Part shown: one piece after another, positions 1 through 9,097 of the stretch
Position numbering within the stretch: the stretch's first letter is position 1
Layout: every line of letters starts with the position of its first letter
DNA from: OCS155 cluster bacterium AG-333-G23
Lineage (GTDB): Bacteria; Actinomycetota; Acidimicrobiia; Actinomarinales; Actinomarinaceae
Length of the DNA stretch: 64,000 nucleotides
Assembly (NCBI GenBank): GCA_003282445.1
Contig: QBZE01000003.1
Span: 11,455-75,454 of the forward strand
Direction: 5' to 3'
Position numbers and translations under genes: made by a program
Notes under the pieces: model-generated
What the model saw: only the letters and a program-made list of their open reading frames with translations
What the model was told of the DNA's origin: nothing
Database searches by the model: none

Positions 1-1380
1 TGAACATCAAAGTATTGAGTATTGCCACTGGCGCTTGCTGCAAATTCTATTGAAACAGTTGCTGCACCAGAGGAGCATGAATTAATTGAGGTGTCAATAG
101 TAAATGTAATATCACAATCTATAGTTCTATTTGTAACATTTGTAGTTAACCAAGATCCTGAGGAGGGGTTGGAGTCTCCATGTCTGTAGTGAAAATACAC
201 TGTTACTCCGTCATCTACTGCTGTAGTTGTGTAGGTATCAGTATCACCTGCTGTGAGATCCCCTCCATCAACTAAGGATGTCCAACTTGATTGATCTGTT
301 GACCATTCAACATCAAAGTATTGAGTGTTGCCTGCAGCACTAGCTGCAAATTCTATCGATACTGTAGCTGCACCAGATGAACATGAATTAATTGAGGTTG
401 AAATAGTAAATGTAATATCACAATCTATAGTTCTTTGAGTTAAAGTACCACTACCCGTTCCGGTTGTAGTATAAGAACCTGAAGATGGGTTTGAATCACC
501 AATTCTGTACTGCCACTCTACAAGGGTGCCATCATTGAAAGCCGAACTGGTGTGAGTATTTGTTTCACCTGCAGCTATTGACTCACCATTTACTACATCG
601 GACCAGGAGCCACCATCTTCACGTCTTTGCAGATCATAATATTGTGTATTACCACTAGCACTTCCTACAAAAGTAACTGTGGTTGTAGCTGTTCCATTAG
701 AACATGAATTTATCTGAGTCGATACTGTTACAGTTAAATCACAATCTACTGTTCTAGAAGTTGCTGATGTATAGGAACCTGATGATGGAGCAGATGTACC
801 TGTTTCATAACGCCAACTAACAGTAGTTCCATCAGCTTGAGCTGGTGTTGCATACGTTTCAGGGCTTCCTGGTGAAACTGCTTCATCATTTTTGAGTGTG
901 ACCCAACCATCACTATTAATTTGATATTGTACATCAAAATACATAGTTGCGTTTGTAGCAGTTAAAACAATAGTTGAGGTTGCTGCACCGTTAGAACAAG
1001 AACCAAGACCTGTTGATACTGTGCCCTGTGCGCAAGATGATGTGTCAATAGTTATAGTACTTAAAGTCGTAGTTCCTGTAGTTGGTTTTCTTGTATCATA
1101 AGTATCATTTTCTGCATACCAACTTACAACAACTGCTGTGCCGTTTGATTGCGCAGGTATAGTTAAGGAAGTGTTGCTTGCACCAGAACTGACTGATTGT
1201 CCCGAACCCGATGTTAAAGTTACGGGACTAGCTCCATCTAATGTATATGTAACTACAAAGGTTGCAGCCATCTCAGATGCAGTATTAGTTAAAGTAACAT
1301 CTACTTCCCTATTACTACCACTACAACTACCTTCAGCTGCACTTACTGTTGGATTAAAATCTAATGTAGGGTCACCACTA
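1..1380 (-). repeat. Tandem coding repeats encoding about 5 copies of a ~102-107-aa domain, inside the surface protein gene
   Basis: Protein-level pattern DCD(I/L)T.T(I/V).T.INSCS.G.AT...(Y/F)(F/Y)D(V/L)...DG..V.(W/F).YR.GDSNPSSGS(Y/W). The ~125-nt core at 3..128 recurs at 309..434, an offset of exactly 306 nt, at roughly 85-90% identity by eye. Older copies are more diverged. Confidence 0.7.
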
Positions 1381-2303
1381 TGACAGGCTGCACCATCGTT
1401 ATTCGTACTAGCTGCTGATTCTCCTTTGTATGTTATATCAAATGCTGAACCATCCCATGTCAATTCACCCATTTCACCTTCTTGGTTGTTAGAGGCATAT
1501 ATGACAGACCCTCCAAAACCATACATTGCACCTACAGTATCTGACGAGTTCCAACTTGATGGTTTAGCATCAATGTCATAATCAACTAATTCAACTGTAG
1601 AGCTTGGTCCTGCCCATTTTCCAAGAATCACTGCATCGTTTTTTAAATCAACACCAACCAAGTTATAAGTGTCTGATCCTATTGTTAAACCATCTTTAAT
1701 CCATGCAAAGTCTTTAGCTTGTTTCTTATTAGCCCCATCATTAAATGACGAACTTTGGCTCCATGTACCACTTGCAGAAACAGTTGTTGAATTACTTAGC
1801 TGTACATAATATCTTCCACCATCACCCATACCTTTAGAGAAAACAATATAATTACTACCTCCATGTTCAATATAAGATCCTGCATTCACATCACCGCTTG
1901 AACTAGAAGATATTTCACCCATATCTGTAATTGATCCACCATTTCCATCAACATAATTCAGTTTTACTAGACGCTTATTCCCACTTGTAGGTTGATAGAT
2001 AACATACATATTTCCATCTCCATCCATAGTGTGCCCATTAATTTGATCTGTGGTCCCTGTTAAACTTCCTAAATTAAATGTTTCAGCTGTGGTATAACTT
2101 CCAGCTGCAACATTCCACTTATAAACTGTTACATTGCTTCCACTGAATTCCATGTGATAAGCATATGCAGCACCATTAGAGTCAAAGCAAGCAAATTCAC
2201 CTGCAGCATAAGCTGGTTCCTCAGGAAGAATTGAAACTAAAGAAAAAAGCATAGAAAAGAGTAGTACCCAAGAAAATTTCTTTATAAAACTATTTGGCAA
2301 CAT
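1..2303 (-). CDS. Secreted cell-surface tandem-domain protein; the N-terminus is present and the C-terminus is cut by the window edge. It is absent from the ORF track because no stop lies in the window.
   Basis: ATG at 2303..2301 with GGAG 7 nt upstream. Hand translation gives MLPNSFIKKFSWVLLFSMLFSLVSILPEEPAYA/AGEFACFDSNGAAYAYHMEFSG..., i.e. a signal peptide. A ~330-aa Gly/Ser/Asp-rich domain follows, then at least 5 tandem ~102-107-aa Cys-containing domains. I hand-translated the first ~90 codons with no stop. The frame appears open to position 3: the track lists no minus-strand ORF starting at 2303, which fits an ORF running off the edge. Confidence 0.8.
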   Translation of the reverse strand, partial: MLPNSFIKKFSWVLLFSMLFSLVSILPEEPAYAAGEFACFDSNGAAYAYHMEFSGSNVTVYKWNVAAGSYTTAETFNLGSLTGTTDQINGHTMDGDGNMYVIYQPTSGNKRLVKLNYVDGNGGSITDMGEISSSSSGDVNAGSYIEHGGSNYIVFSKGMGDGGRYYVQLSNSTTVSASGTWSQSSSFNDGANKKQAKDFAWIKDGLTIGSDTYNLVGVDLKNDAVILGKWAGPSSTVELVDYDIDAKPSSWNSSDTVGAMYGFGGSVIYASNNQEGEMGELTWDGSAFDITYKGESAASTNNDGAACHSGDPTLDFNPTVSAAEGSCSGSNREVDVTLTNTASEMAATFVVTYTLDGASPVTLTSGSGQSVSSGASNTSLTIPAQSNGTAVVVSWYAENDTYDTRKPTTGTTTLSTITIDTSSCAQGTVSTGLGSCSNGAATSTIVLTATNATMYFDVQYQINSDGWVTLKNDEAVSPGSPETYATPAQADGTTVSWRYETGTSAPSSGSYTSATSRTVDCDLTVTVSTQINSCSNGTATTTVTFVGSASGNTQYYDLQRREDGGSWSDVVNGESIAAGETNTHTSSAFNDGTLVEWQYRIGDSNPSSGSYTTTGTGSGTLTQRTIDCDITFTISTSINSCSSGAATVSIEFAASAAGNTQYFDVEWSTDQSSWTSLVDGGDLTAGDTDTYTTTAVDDGVTVYFHYRHGDSNPSSGSWLTTNVTNRTIDCDITFTIDTSINSCSSGAATVSIEFAASASGNTQYFDV

Positions 2304-2314
2304 TAACTACTCCG

Positions 2315-3643
2315 CTAATTAAATTTACTTTGAACAGAATCAACAATTGAATCAAGATTTGCATCTAATTCAACGTAATCTTCCCCCTTATTAATGTTAA
2401 CTTCCTTATATTCTTTTATCGATTGAGTTATAGTCTGAGCAAATTTTTCAGGTGATGCTGTTGCAACTGCAACGGTAGTCATATTATTACTATTTTCGAC
2501 TGCCATGGAAACAGAAGTTGCAGTATGTGGATCAAAAATAATCTCAAACTCTGAATATAAATCGCTAATTTTATTTTTTATTTCATCATCATTGAACGTA
2601 AAAGAAGAAAATATATGCTTTAGAGCTTTAAAAGATTCTTCATCTAGTTCTGCCTTTGAATTTTCACCAAAGCTTTTATAGAATCCTGAAGCATCTCCTG
2701 ACAAGTCATATATCAACCTTTCTAAACTCGATGGTATTTGAATGTCCATGCTTGGAGCAACACTTGGATGAGTCTCTTTTGGTTCAAGGACTCCAGTATC
2801 AATAAATCTTTTTAGTACATCATTAATATTTGTACTGCACAAAATATTTTTAATAGGCAGACCGTGGCTTCTTCCATACCAAGCAGAGTATGCATTACCA
2901 AAGTTTCCAGATGGTATGGCAACATTAATTGGGGAAGTAAATTGTTTAGTGAGCCAAACATAATACGAAACTTGTCCCATCACTCTAAGCCAGTTAATTG
3001 AGTTAAGAGAAATGATTCTTCTTTTAAAAGGATTATCCTGTAAAAGTTCTTTTGCTAATCTCTGACAATCATCATATGAACCATTAATTGCAATATTCAA
3101 AACATTATCTTTAATGACAGATGTCATTTGTTTTCTCTGGTACTCACTTATCTTGTTTGCTGGATGTAGTACGACTATATCAATATTCTCCGAATCTTTT
3201 ACAGCTTCTATTGCAGCAGAACCGGTATCGCCACTGGTAGCAACTATTACTAAACCTCTCTCTCCTAGTTCAGTTAATCTTTTATCTGCTATTGCACCAA
3301 GTGGCTGTAATGCATAGTCTTTAAAAGATTTAGTAGGACCATGAAATAATTCCATTACTAGAGTCGTATTATCAACCTCAATTAATGTAGGCTCGGGCGA
3401 ATTCTCAAATCCTGGATATAAAGAAAGGCCTTCAACATAGGGAGCAGATGCTTTGTCTAAAGCTATAAATATTGTCTTAACAAAATCTTCATAGCTTAAA
3501 TCTTCTTGAGTTAAGTAAGTTAAATTTTCTAAAGTTATGGAATCTGGAAGATAAAGTCCTTTATCTGGAGCAACGCCAGATAAAATTACATCTTCAAAAG
3601 ATAAGGGGTCCTTATGACCTCTGGTAGAAAAGTAACTAACCAC
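2315..3643 (-). CDS. thrC: Threonine synthase
   Basis: N-terminus YFSTRGHK..SFEDVILSGVAPDKGLYLP and the PLP-lysine context FHGPTKSFKD. 442 aa. Sits directly downstream of hom. Confidence 0.93.
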   Translation of the reverse strand: MVSYFSTRGHKDPLSFEDVILSGVAPDKGLYLPDSITLENLTYLTQEDLSYEDFVKTIFIALDKASAPYVEGLSLYPGFENSPEPTLIEVDNTTLVMELFHGPTKSFKDYALQPLGAIADKRLTELGERGLVIVATSGDTGSAAIEAVKDSENIDIVVLHPANKISEYQRKQMTSVIKDNVLNIAINGSYDDCQRLAKELLQDNPFKRRIISLNSINWLRVMGQVSYYVWLTKQFTSPINVAIPSGNFGNAYSAWYGRSHGLPIKNILCSTNINDVLKRFIDTGVLEPKETHPSVAPSMDIQIPSSLERLIYDLSGDASGFYKSFGENSKAELDEESFKALKHIFSSFTFNDDEIKNKISDLYSEFEIIFDPHTATSVSMAVENSNNMTTVAVATASPEKFAQTITQSIKEYKEVNINKGEDYVELDANLDSIVDSVQSKFN

Positions 3644-4903
3644 TTAAACGTAAACGCGTAATAAAGAAGTTACCGTGGTAACTGCATCCAGTGAAGATAT
3701 TTGATTTATTGAATTATTTAAATCTTTCTCTGGTGCTTCGTGAGTTACTAAAACAAGCTCTGCTTTGTCTCCTCTTCCTTCTTGTATAACACTTTCAATG
3801 CTTACATTGTTTTCTCCAAAAGTTCCTGCAATTTTTGCTAGTACTCCCGGTTCATCTTTTACAGAAAGTCTTATAAACATGCTGGACTCAACATCTTCAA
3901 AGTTTTTATTTTCTCCTTTGTACTCTCTGAGTGGATACCAATTTGATTGATCACTATTTAATTGATGACAAGCACTTAAGACATCTCCCATTACAGCACT
4001 GGCAGTTGGATTTGCACCAGCACCTGGACCAGAGAATACTAGCTGATCAATATTTTCTCCTTCAGCAACTACTGCATTCAAGGCTCCACGAATTGCAGCA
4101 AGCGGATGTTTTTTATCGATCAGTACAGGATGGACTCTTGCATTAAATCCATTTTCATTGCTATCTATTTGTGCAACTAGTTTTATTGTTTTATCAAGCC
4201 TATCAGCCCAATCAAAGTCTTCTTTTGTAATATTTGAAATACCTTCAGTAAATACTGCATCATCATTCGGAGAAACTCCAAAACAAAGGAGTGAAAGAAT
4301 CATTGCTTTATACTTTGCATCTATTCCTTCAACATCATTTGTTGGATTCGGCTCAGCATATCCAAGTTCTTGTGCTGTGGAGAGAGCATCTTCGTATGTG
4401 CTACCTTCTTCCATTGAAGTAAGAATATAATTACTTGTTCCATTGATAATTCCAAGTACCTTGGTTAGCTCTTCTCCCCTTAAGCTTTCAATGAGTGGCT
4501 TTAATACAGGGATTCCTGCAGCAACGGCAGCTTCAAAATAAAGACAGGTATTGTTTTCCTCCGCAAGGGTTATTAGTTCCTGACCACAATCTGCAATGAT
4601 ATCTTTATTAGCAGTAATAACTGCTTTGCCTTTTTCAAGCAATGACTTAATATATTCTTTTCCAGGATCAACTCCACCAAGAACTTCAATAACTAGATCT
4701 ATTGAATCATCATTTAATATGTCATCGAAGTTATCAGTCAAGAGGTCTTTGCTCACACCTCTATCTTTGGATGTATCGCTTACTAAAACTTTTTTTAAAT
4801 CAAGCTTTAAAACGTTATCATCTAGCTCTTGTAAACGAGTCAATACGGCAGAGCCAATATTTCCTGCACCTAAAACAGCAATTGAAAATGTATTATTTTG
4901 CAT
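3644..4903 (-). CDS. hom: Homoserine dehydrogenase with a C-terminal ACT domain
   Basis: NAD-binding N-terminus IAVLGAGNIGSAV, a central homoserine dehydrogenase core, and an ACT-like C-terminus (FIRLSVKDEPGVLAKIAGTFGENNVSIESV). Confidence 0.93.
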   Translation of the reverse strand: MQNNTFSIAVLGAGNIGSAVLTRLQELDDNVLKLDLKKVLVSDTSKDRGVSKDLLTDNFDDILNDDSIDLVIEVLGGVDPGKEYIKSLLEKGKAVITANKDIIADCGQELITLAEENNTCLYFEAAVAAGIPVLKPLIESLRGEELTKVLGIINGTSNYILTSMEEGSTYEDALSTAQELGYAEPNPTNDVEGIDAKYKAMILSLLCFGVSPNDDAVFTEGISNITKEDFDWADRLDKTIKLVAQIDSNENGFNARVHPVLIDKKHPLAAIRGALNAVVAEGENIDQLVFSGPGAGANPTASAVMGDVLSACHQLNSDQSNWYPLREYKGENKNFEDVESSMFIRLSVKDEPGVLAKIAGTFGENNVSIESVIQEGRGDKAELVLVTHEAPEKDLNNSINQISSLDAVTTVTSLLRVYV

Positions 4904-4949
4904 ATTTAGTAAGGATAAATGTTATTTAAATTGAAACAACAATTAATTT

Positions 4950-5396
4950 TTAGGAAAGTTTTCCTTTTACGATTTTACTAACTGTTCCGCCATCGATACC
5001 GTCTCCTTTAGCCATGACAGCTCCAATTACTTTGCCCATTTGTGAAATATCTACTTCACCCATTTCACTTAATACTTCATCAACTATTTTTTCTACATCT
5101 TCATCACTTACTTGTTCAGGAAGCCATGTACCAAGGAAATCAATTTCAAATTGAATCTTTTCTGCCATTTCTGTTCCTCGATCGCCTAAAGATTGATACT
5201 CCTCAACAGCTTTTGTCATCTTTTTTACATAAGATTTTATAACACCTAAAACTAACTCATCAGTTATATCTTCACCCTTTTCAGCTCTCTTTTCTTCTAT
5301 CTCAGATTTCACCTGTCTGATAGCATCTAGTTTTGCTTTTTCTTTTGTTTTCATAGCTTCTTTTAAAGCATCATTCAATTCATCAAGTATTGCCAT
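4950..5396 (-). CDS. yqeY: GatB/YqeY domain protein
   Basis: 148 aa. LNDALKEAMKTKEKAKLDAIRQVKSEI is typical of the YqeY family. Confidence 0.8.
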   Translation of the reverse strand: MAILDELNDALKEAMKTKEKAKLDAIRQVKSEIEEKRAEKGEDITDELVLGVIKSYVKKMTKAVEEYQSLGDRGTEMAEKIQFEIDFLGTWLPEQVSDEDVEKIVDEVLSEMGEVDISQMGKVIGAVMAKGDGIDGGTVSKIVKGKLS

Positions 5397-5400
5397 ATTC

Positions 5401-6057
5401 CTACTTTTTATATAATTGCATTGTATCAGGAATATCTGTAATTATTCCAAATAGGCCTATTTCCATAAGTCGTTTAAATTCATTCTCATCATTTACAGTC
5501 CAAGCTGCTGTTCTCTCTTTAGGCAAATCAAAATTTCTACTATTGATTAATCCTTTCTCGACCATAAAATATATTTTCTCATCATGGTTAGACATTGCCT
5601 TAGCCTCGAATAAATGATCTTCACTATTTAAAATAATTCCATATTCAGAAGTAAAAATATCCCTAAAGTTATATACCCCTTCCCAGTGAAAAGAAGAGAT
5701 GATGTCATCCTTATTAGCAATTCCTGATACTTTTTGAAATAAAATATCAATATTGTTTGATGAAGTTTTATCTGTTTTAATTTCAAAATTAACTTTTCCT
5801 TTAATTTGATCTCTTGATTCAAGAATTATTTCATTTACTGAGATACCTTCTAATAATTTAGAAATATCTTCTATAGTTAAGTCTTCTATTAAATAATCAT
5901 TTATATAAGGATCGTGAAATAGAAGAAGATTATTGTCTTTGGTTAGCCTTATATCTGTTTCAACAAATTCACAGTGCTCTAAAGCTTTGTTAAGCCCCGT
6001 GAGTGAGTTTTCCATATAAACATTTGGTAAACCTCTATGTCCAAAAATATAACTCAA
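5401..6057 (-). CDS. Glycerophosphodiester phosphodiesterase (GDPD) family protein
   Basis: IFGHRG...ENSL.....E.D(I/V)..TKD....FHD motif. The track ORF starts at GTG 6108. An in-frame TTG at 6057 preceded by AAGGA gives the typical MSYIFGHRG N-terminus and clears the divergent whiB promoter region. Confidence 0.75.
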   Translation of the reverse strand: MSYIFGHRGLPNVYMENSLTGLNKALEHCEFVETDIRLTKDNNLLLFHDPYINDYLIEDLTIEDISKLLEGISVNEIILESRDQIKGKVNFEIKTDKTSSNNIDILFQKVSGIANKDDIISSFHWEGVYNFRDIFTSEYGIILNSEDHLFEAKAMSNHDEKIYFMVEKGLINSRNFDLPKERTAAWTVNDENEFKRLMEIGLFGIITDIPDTMQLYKK

Positions 6058-6129
6058 GTTGTTCCTTATCCCTATAATACTACTACAATAGATTGTGAAA
6101 TATTTCACAAAGTATTAGGGAATGTGCAT

Positions 6130-6408
6130 ATGATGAAATTTGAATTAGAACAGGAAAGTTGGATGCTTGAAGGCGCGTGTTCGTCTATGGATTCTGATCT
6201 TTTCTTCCCTATTGGATCCTCTATGAAAGCAATGAAGCAAATTGCAGAAGCAAAAGCTGTATGTAATGAGTGTTCCGTAAAGCTCGATTGTTTAGAATAT
6301 GCAATTTCAACAAACCAAGATTCGGGAGTATGGGGTGGAGCTACCGAAGATGAGAGAAAAACAATCAGACGAGAATATAGAAAAACAGGTAAACTCGTTA
6401 GCTATTAG
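6130..6408 (+). CDS. whiB: WhiB-family Fe-S transcription factor
   Basis: Four Cys in the WhiB arrangement (C..MDSDLFFP...AKAVCNECSVKLDCLEYA) followed by GVWGGATEDER. I chose the internal ATG ATG at 6130 because the track start at 6037 overlaps the divergent GDPD gene. Confidence 0.9.
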   Translation: MMKFELEQESWMLEGACSSMDSDLFFPIGSSMKAMKQIAEAKAVCNECSVKLDCLEYAISTNQDSGVWGGATEDERKTIRREYRKTGKLVSY

Positions 6409-6634
6409 AGACTAAGCCTGCTTCTCTTTTACCATCATCATCCAAAAACTCAATAGAATTAATCTGAGATGTGTTGATTCCGACTTCACCTTTGTCATCT
6501 TTAAACCAGTACATTGAACCATCTTTCATCAATGCTTCAATCTCTTTCATGAACTTTTTCTTATCATCTACTTCTATTTCGTACTCTTTCATTACGCCAA
6601 GTAGTGTTATTTTTACTTTTTGTTTATCAGCCAC
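6398..6634 (-). CDS. DUF3107-like small actinobacterial protein
   Basis: 78 aa. The pattern K(I/V)..G......E.E.......(V/I)....L...G...F.DDKG..(V/I)......I..IE resembles the DUF3107 family as I remember it. Confidence 0.55.
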   Translation of the reverse strand: MADKQKVKITLLGVMKEYEIEVDDKKKFMKEIEALMKDGSMYWFKDDKGEVGINTSQINSIEFLDDDGKREAGLVSNS

Positions 6635-6643
6635 ATTGTCTCC

Positions 6644-7621
6644 TTATAAAACGTTTTCACCCATAAAGAGGGCAGAAACTGAATCGTCTGCAAATATAGA
6701 TGTTAGTGCATTTGCAATTATTCCCGAAACACTTAGGACTACTACATTGCCAAGTGCTTCTGAATTACCGTTTTGTGCAAGAGTGTCCGTAACAACTATT
6801 TCATCAATTGGCGCATCTTTAAGTGTTTCTACTGAACCATCAGAAAATATTCCGTGAGTAGCAACTACACTTACTGTCTTCGCTCCCCTCTCTTTTAAGA
6901 TTCTTGAAGCAGCAGCTATTGTTCCTCCAGTATCAATTATGTCATCAATTAATATCGCATGACGATCTTCAACTTCCCCAATTACAGTGAAGGCTTTAAC
7001 TTCATTATGCTTACTTGGATCTCTTTTCTTATGAACAAAACCAACATAAGCTTCTAAATGCTTAGCAAATGTTGTTGCTCTTTTAACACCTCCAGCATCT
7101 GGAGAGATAACAGAAACAGACTCTTCATATTTGTTTTTAAAGTAATCAACAAAAAGAGGCATGGCAGTTAAGTGATCAAATGGTGCGTGTATAAAGCCTT
7201 GAATCTGTTGTGTATGAAGATCAATAGATACTAATCTGTTAGCTCCCGCAGCTATAAATAAATCTCCAATCAATCGGGCAGAAATTGGTTCTCTTGGTAG
7301 TGCTTTTTTATCTTGTCGTGAGTACGGATAAAAAGGAAGTACGGCCGTTATTCTTTTTGCTGATGCTCTCTTTAAAGCATCAACTATTAACAACTGTTCC
7401 ATAATCGTAAAATTGATTCCACCTGAGTGACTTTGGAGAACGAAGCAATCAGCCCCCCTCGCACTATCAGCTAATCGAATGTAGATTTCTCCACTAGCAA
7501 ACTGTTCTTTTTCAACTTCAGCAAGTTCTGTTCCTAAGTCTTTGGATACTTTTTTTGCTAATTCAGTATTGGAAGATCCTGAGTAAATGAGCATTCTCTT
7601 TTTTGTCGATTGCTCAATCAT
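6644..7621 (-). CDS. prs: Ribose-phosphate pyrophosphokinase
   Basis: PRPP-binding loop ILIDDIIDTGGT and a typical Prs N-terminal half. ATGA overlap with the glmU stop. Confidence 0.95.
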   Translation of the reverse strand: MIEQSTKKRMLIYSGSSNTELAKKVSKDLGTELAEVEKEQFASGEIYIRLADSARGADCFVLQSHSGGINFTIMEQLLIVDALKRASAKRITAVLPFYPYSRQDKKALPREPISARLIGDLFIAAGANRLVSIDLHTQQIQGFIHAPFDHLTAMPLFVDYFKNKYEESVSVISPDAGGVKRATTFAKHLEAYVGFVHKKRDPSKHNEVKAFTVIGEVEDRHAILIDDIIDTGGTIAAASRILKERGAKTVSVVATHGIFSDGSVETLKDAPIDEIVVTDTLAQNGNSEALGNVVVLSVSGIIANALTSIFADDSVSALFMGENVL

Positions 7622-8994
7622 TTCTTATCCTTTGAACTTTTTTTTCTGTCCATATAACCATCTATATTCTTTTGTTGATTTCTTTCAATTCCTAATGACT
7701 TAGCAGGGACATCTTTTGTAATTACGGATCCAGCACCAACCATGGCTCCTTCTCCAATTGTGACAGGAGCTACTAGCATTGCATCTGAACCAACGAATGC
7801 ACCCTTTTTAATCTCAGTTTTATGTTTTTCTTTTCCATCATAATTAACGGTAATTGCACCAGCTGAAAAGTTAACTCCCTCTTCTAAATCAGCATCTCCT
7901 ACATAAGCTAAATGAGGCACTTTACTATCTTTACTTATTTTTGAATTTTTTGTTTCTGCAAATGCTCCCACCTTTACGTTGTCTCCTAATGATGAGCCCG
8001 TTCTCAAATGAGCATAAGGACCAATTTGTCCATTACTTTCTATATCAGATCCATCAACAACTGAGTAAAGAACTTTTGAACCTTCTCCTATTGTTGAATC
8101 GCTTATCAGAGAGTTGGGACCTATTTCACAATTTTCTTTAATTTCAGTGTTCCCAGTTAAATGACAGTTAGCAAATATTTTTGTTCCACTTTGAATTTTT
8201 ACTGTTTCATCAATATAGGTTGTGGAAGGATCTTGGAAATAAACTCCATTTTCCATATGAGCAGAAATCAACTTTTCTTTAAGCGTATCTTCAACATCGT
8301 TTAGTTGACTCATCGAGTTAACACCTTTTATAGTATCTTCTATTACTTGTACTATAACTGCATCTTGTTTTTTTTGAAATGCTATCTCAATTAAATCTGT
8401 TAGATAAAATTCATTCTGAGAGTTGTCACTTTTAATGTTATTTATATTGCTCACTAGAAATTCCTTATCGATGCAATATATTCCGGAATTTATTTCACTT
8501 ATTGATTTCTCATCATCGCTTGCATCAGATTCTTCTACAATCTTTTTTGCTTTATTTTTATTCCTAACTATTCTTCCGTATCCAGATGGATTTTTAACTT
8601 CAGCAGTAATCAAACCAAGAGTTGAATTATTTTTTGTTACTGAGTCTATCAATTTATCTATTTCATTTTTATCGATAAGCGGAACATCTCCAGGAATTAT
8701 TATTAAATAATCAGAACTATCTAACTTAAAGTCATCACTTTCCAACAAAGTTACAACTGCATGTCCTGTCCCTAATTGTTCCTCTTGCTCAACAATTTTA
8801 TAATCATCAAAGATATGGTCTCTAACAGAATCAGACTCGTGACCAAGAATTACATATTTATTATCTACATTTGTTAAAGCACTTTGTGCATAAGAAATCA
8901 TTGGTTTGCCCAAAACAGGTTGCAATACCTTAGGTAGAGAGGACTTCATTCTAGTCCCCTTGCCAGCTGCTAATATGACTCCTGATATTTTCAT
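7618..8994 (-). CDS. glmU: Bifunctional UDP-N-acetylglucosamine pyrophosphorylase / glucosamine-1-phosphate N-acetyltransferase
   Basis: N-terminal VILAAGKGTRMKS nucleotidyltransferase motif and C-terminal left-handed beta-helix hexapeptide repeats. Ends with TGA at 7618..7620. Confidence 0.95.
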   Translation of the reverse strand: MKISGVILAAGKGTRMKSSLPKVLQPVLGKPMISYAQSALTNVDNKYVILGHESDSVRDHIFDDYKIVEQEEQLGTGHAVVTLLESDDFKLDSSDYLIIIPGDVPLIDKNEIDKLIDSVTKNNSTLGLITAEVKNPSGYGRIVRNKNKAKKIVEESDASDDEKSISEINSGIYCIDKEFLVSNINNIKSDNSQNEFYLTDLIEIAFQKKQDAVIVQVIEDTIKGVNSMSQLNDVEDTLKEKLISAHMENGVYFQDPSTTYIDETVKIQSGTKIFANCHLTGNTEIKENCEIGPNSLISDSTIGEGSKVLYSVVDGSDIESNGQIGPYAHLRTGSSLGDNVKVGAFAETKNSKISKDSKVPHLAYVGDADLEEGVNFSAGAITVNYDGKEKHKTEIKKGAFVGSDAMLVAPVTIGEGAMVGAGSVITKDVPAKSLGIERNQQKNIDGYMDRKKSSKDKK

Positions 8995-9005
8995 TTATTT
9001 ACTAG

Positions 9006-9077
9006 CTGGCGGAGAAGGACTCGAACCCTCAACGTTGGGACCAAAACCCAATGTGTTGCCAATTACACCATCCGCCA
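9006..9077 (-). tRNA. tRNA-Gln (anticodon UUG)
   Basis: Hand-folded cloverleaf: acceptor TGGCGGA/TCCGCCA, D stem GTGT/ACAC, anticodon stem TTGGG/CCCAA with loop TTTTGGT, T arm GAGGG-TTCGAGT-CCTTC, discriminator G. CCA is not encoded. Confidence 0.9.
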
Positions 9078-9097
9078 TTGTTCTTTGCACATTTATT

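Noticed and set aside
746-1383. Track ORFs 746..937 (-) and 1138..1383 (+)
   Set aside because: Both lie inside the long open minus-strand frame of the surface protein gene (1..2303), in other frames or on the other strand, and have low-complexity composition. They are shadow ORFs of the real gene.
4702-4934. Possible small genes in the hom-yqeY spacer region (track ORFs 4596..4934 and 4702..4929)
   Set aside because: Both are mostly antisense to hom, extend only about 30 nt into the spacer, and show no coding features.
6037-6129. N-terminal extensions of track ORFs: whiB from 6037, abrB-like from 11471, prpC to 44280, lipoprotein to 13979, PPOX to 18839, cofE from 38087
   Set aside because: The extensions overlap divergent neighbours or add non-homologous residues ahead of family-typical N-termini. 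Internal ATG starts, several with AGGAG-like RBS, fit better.
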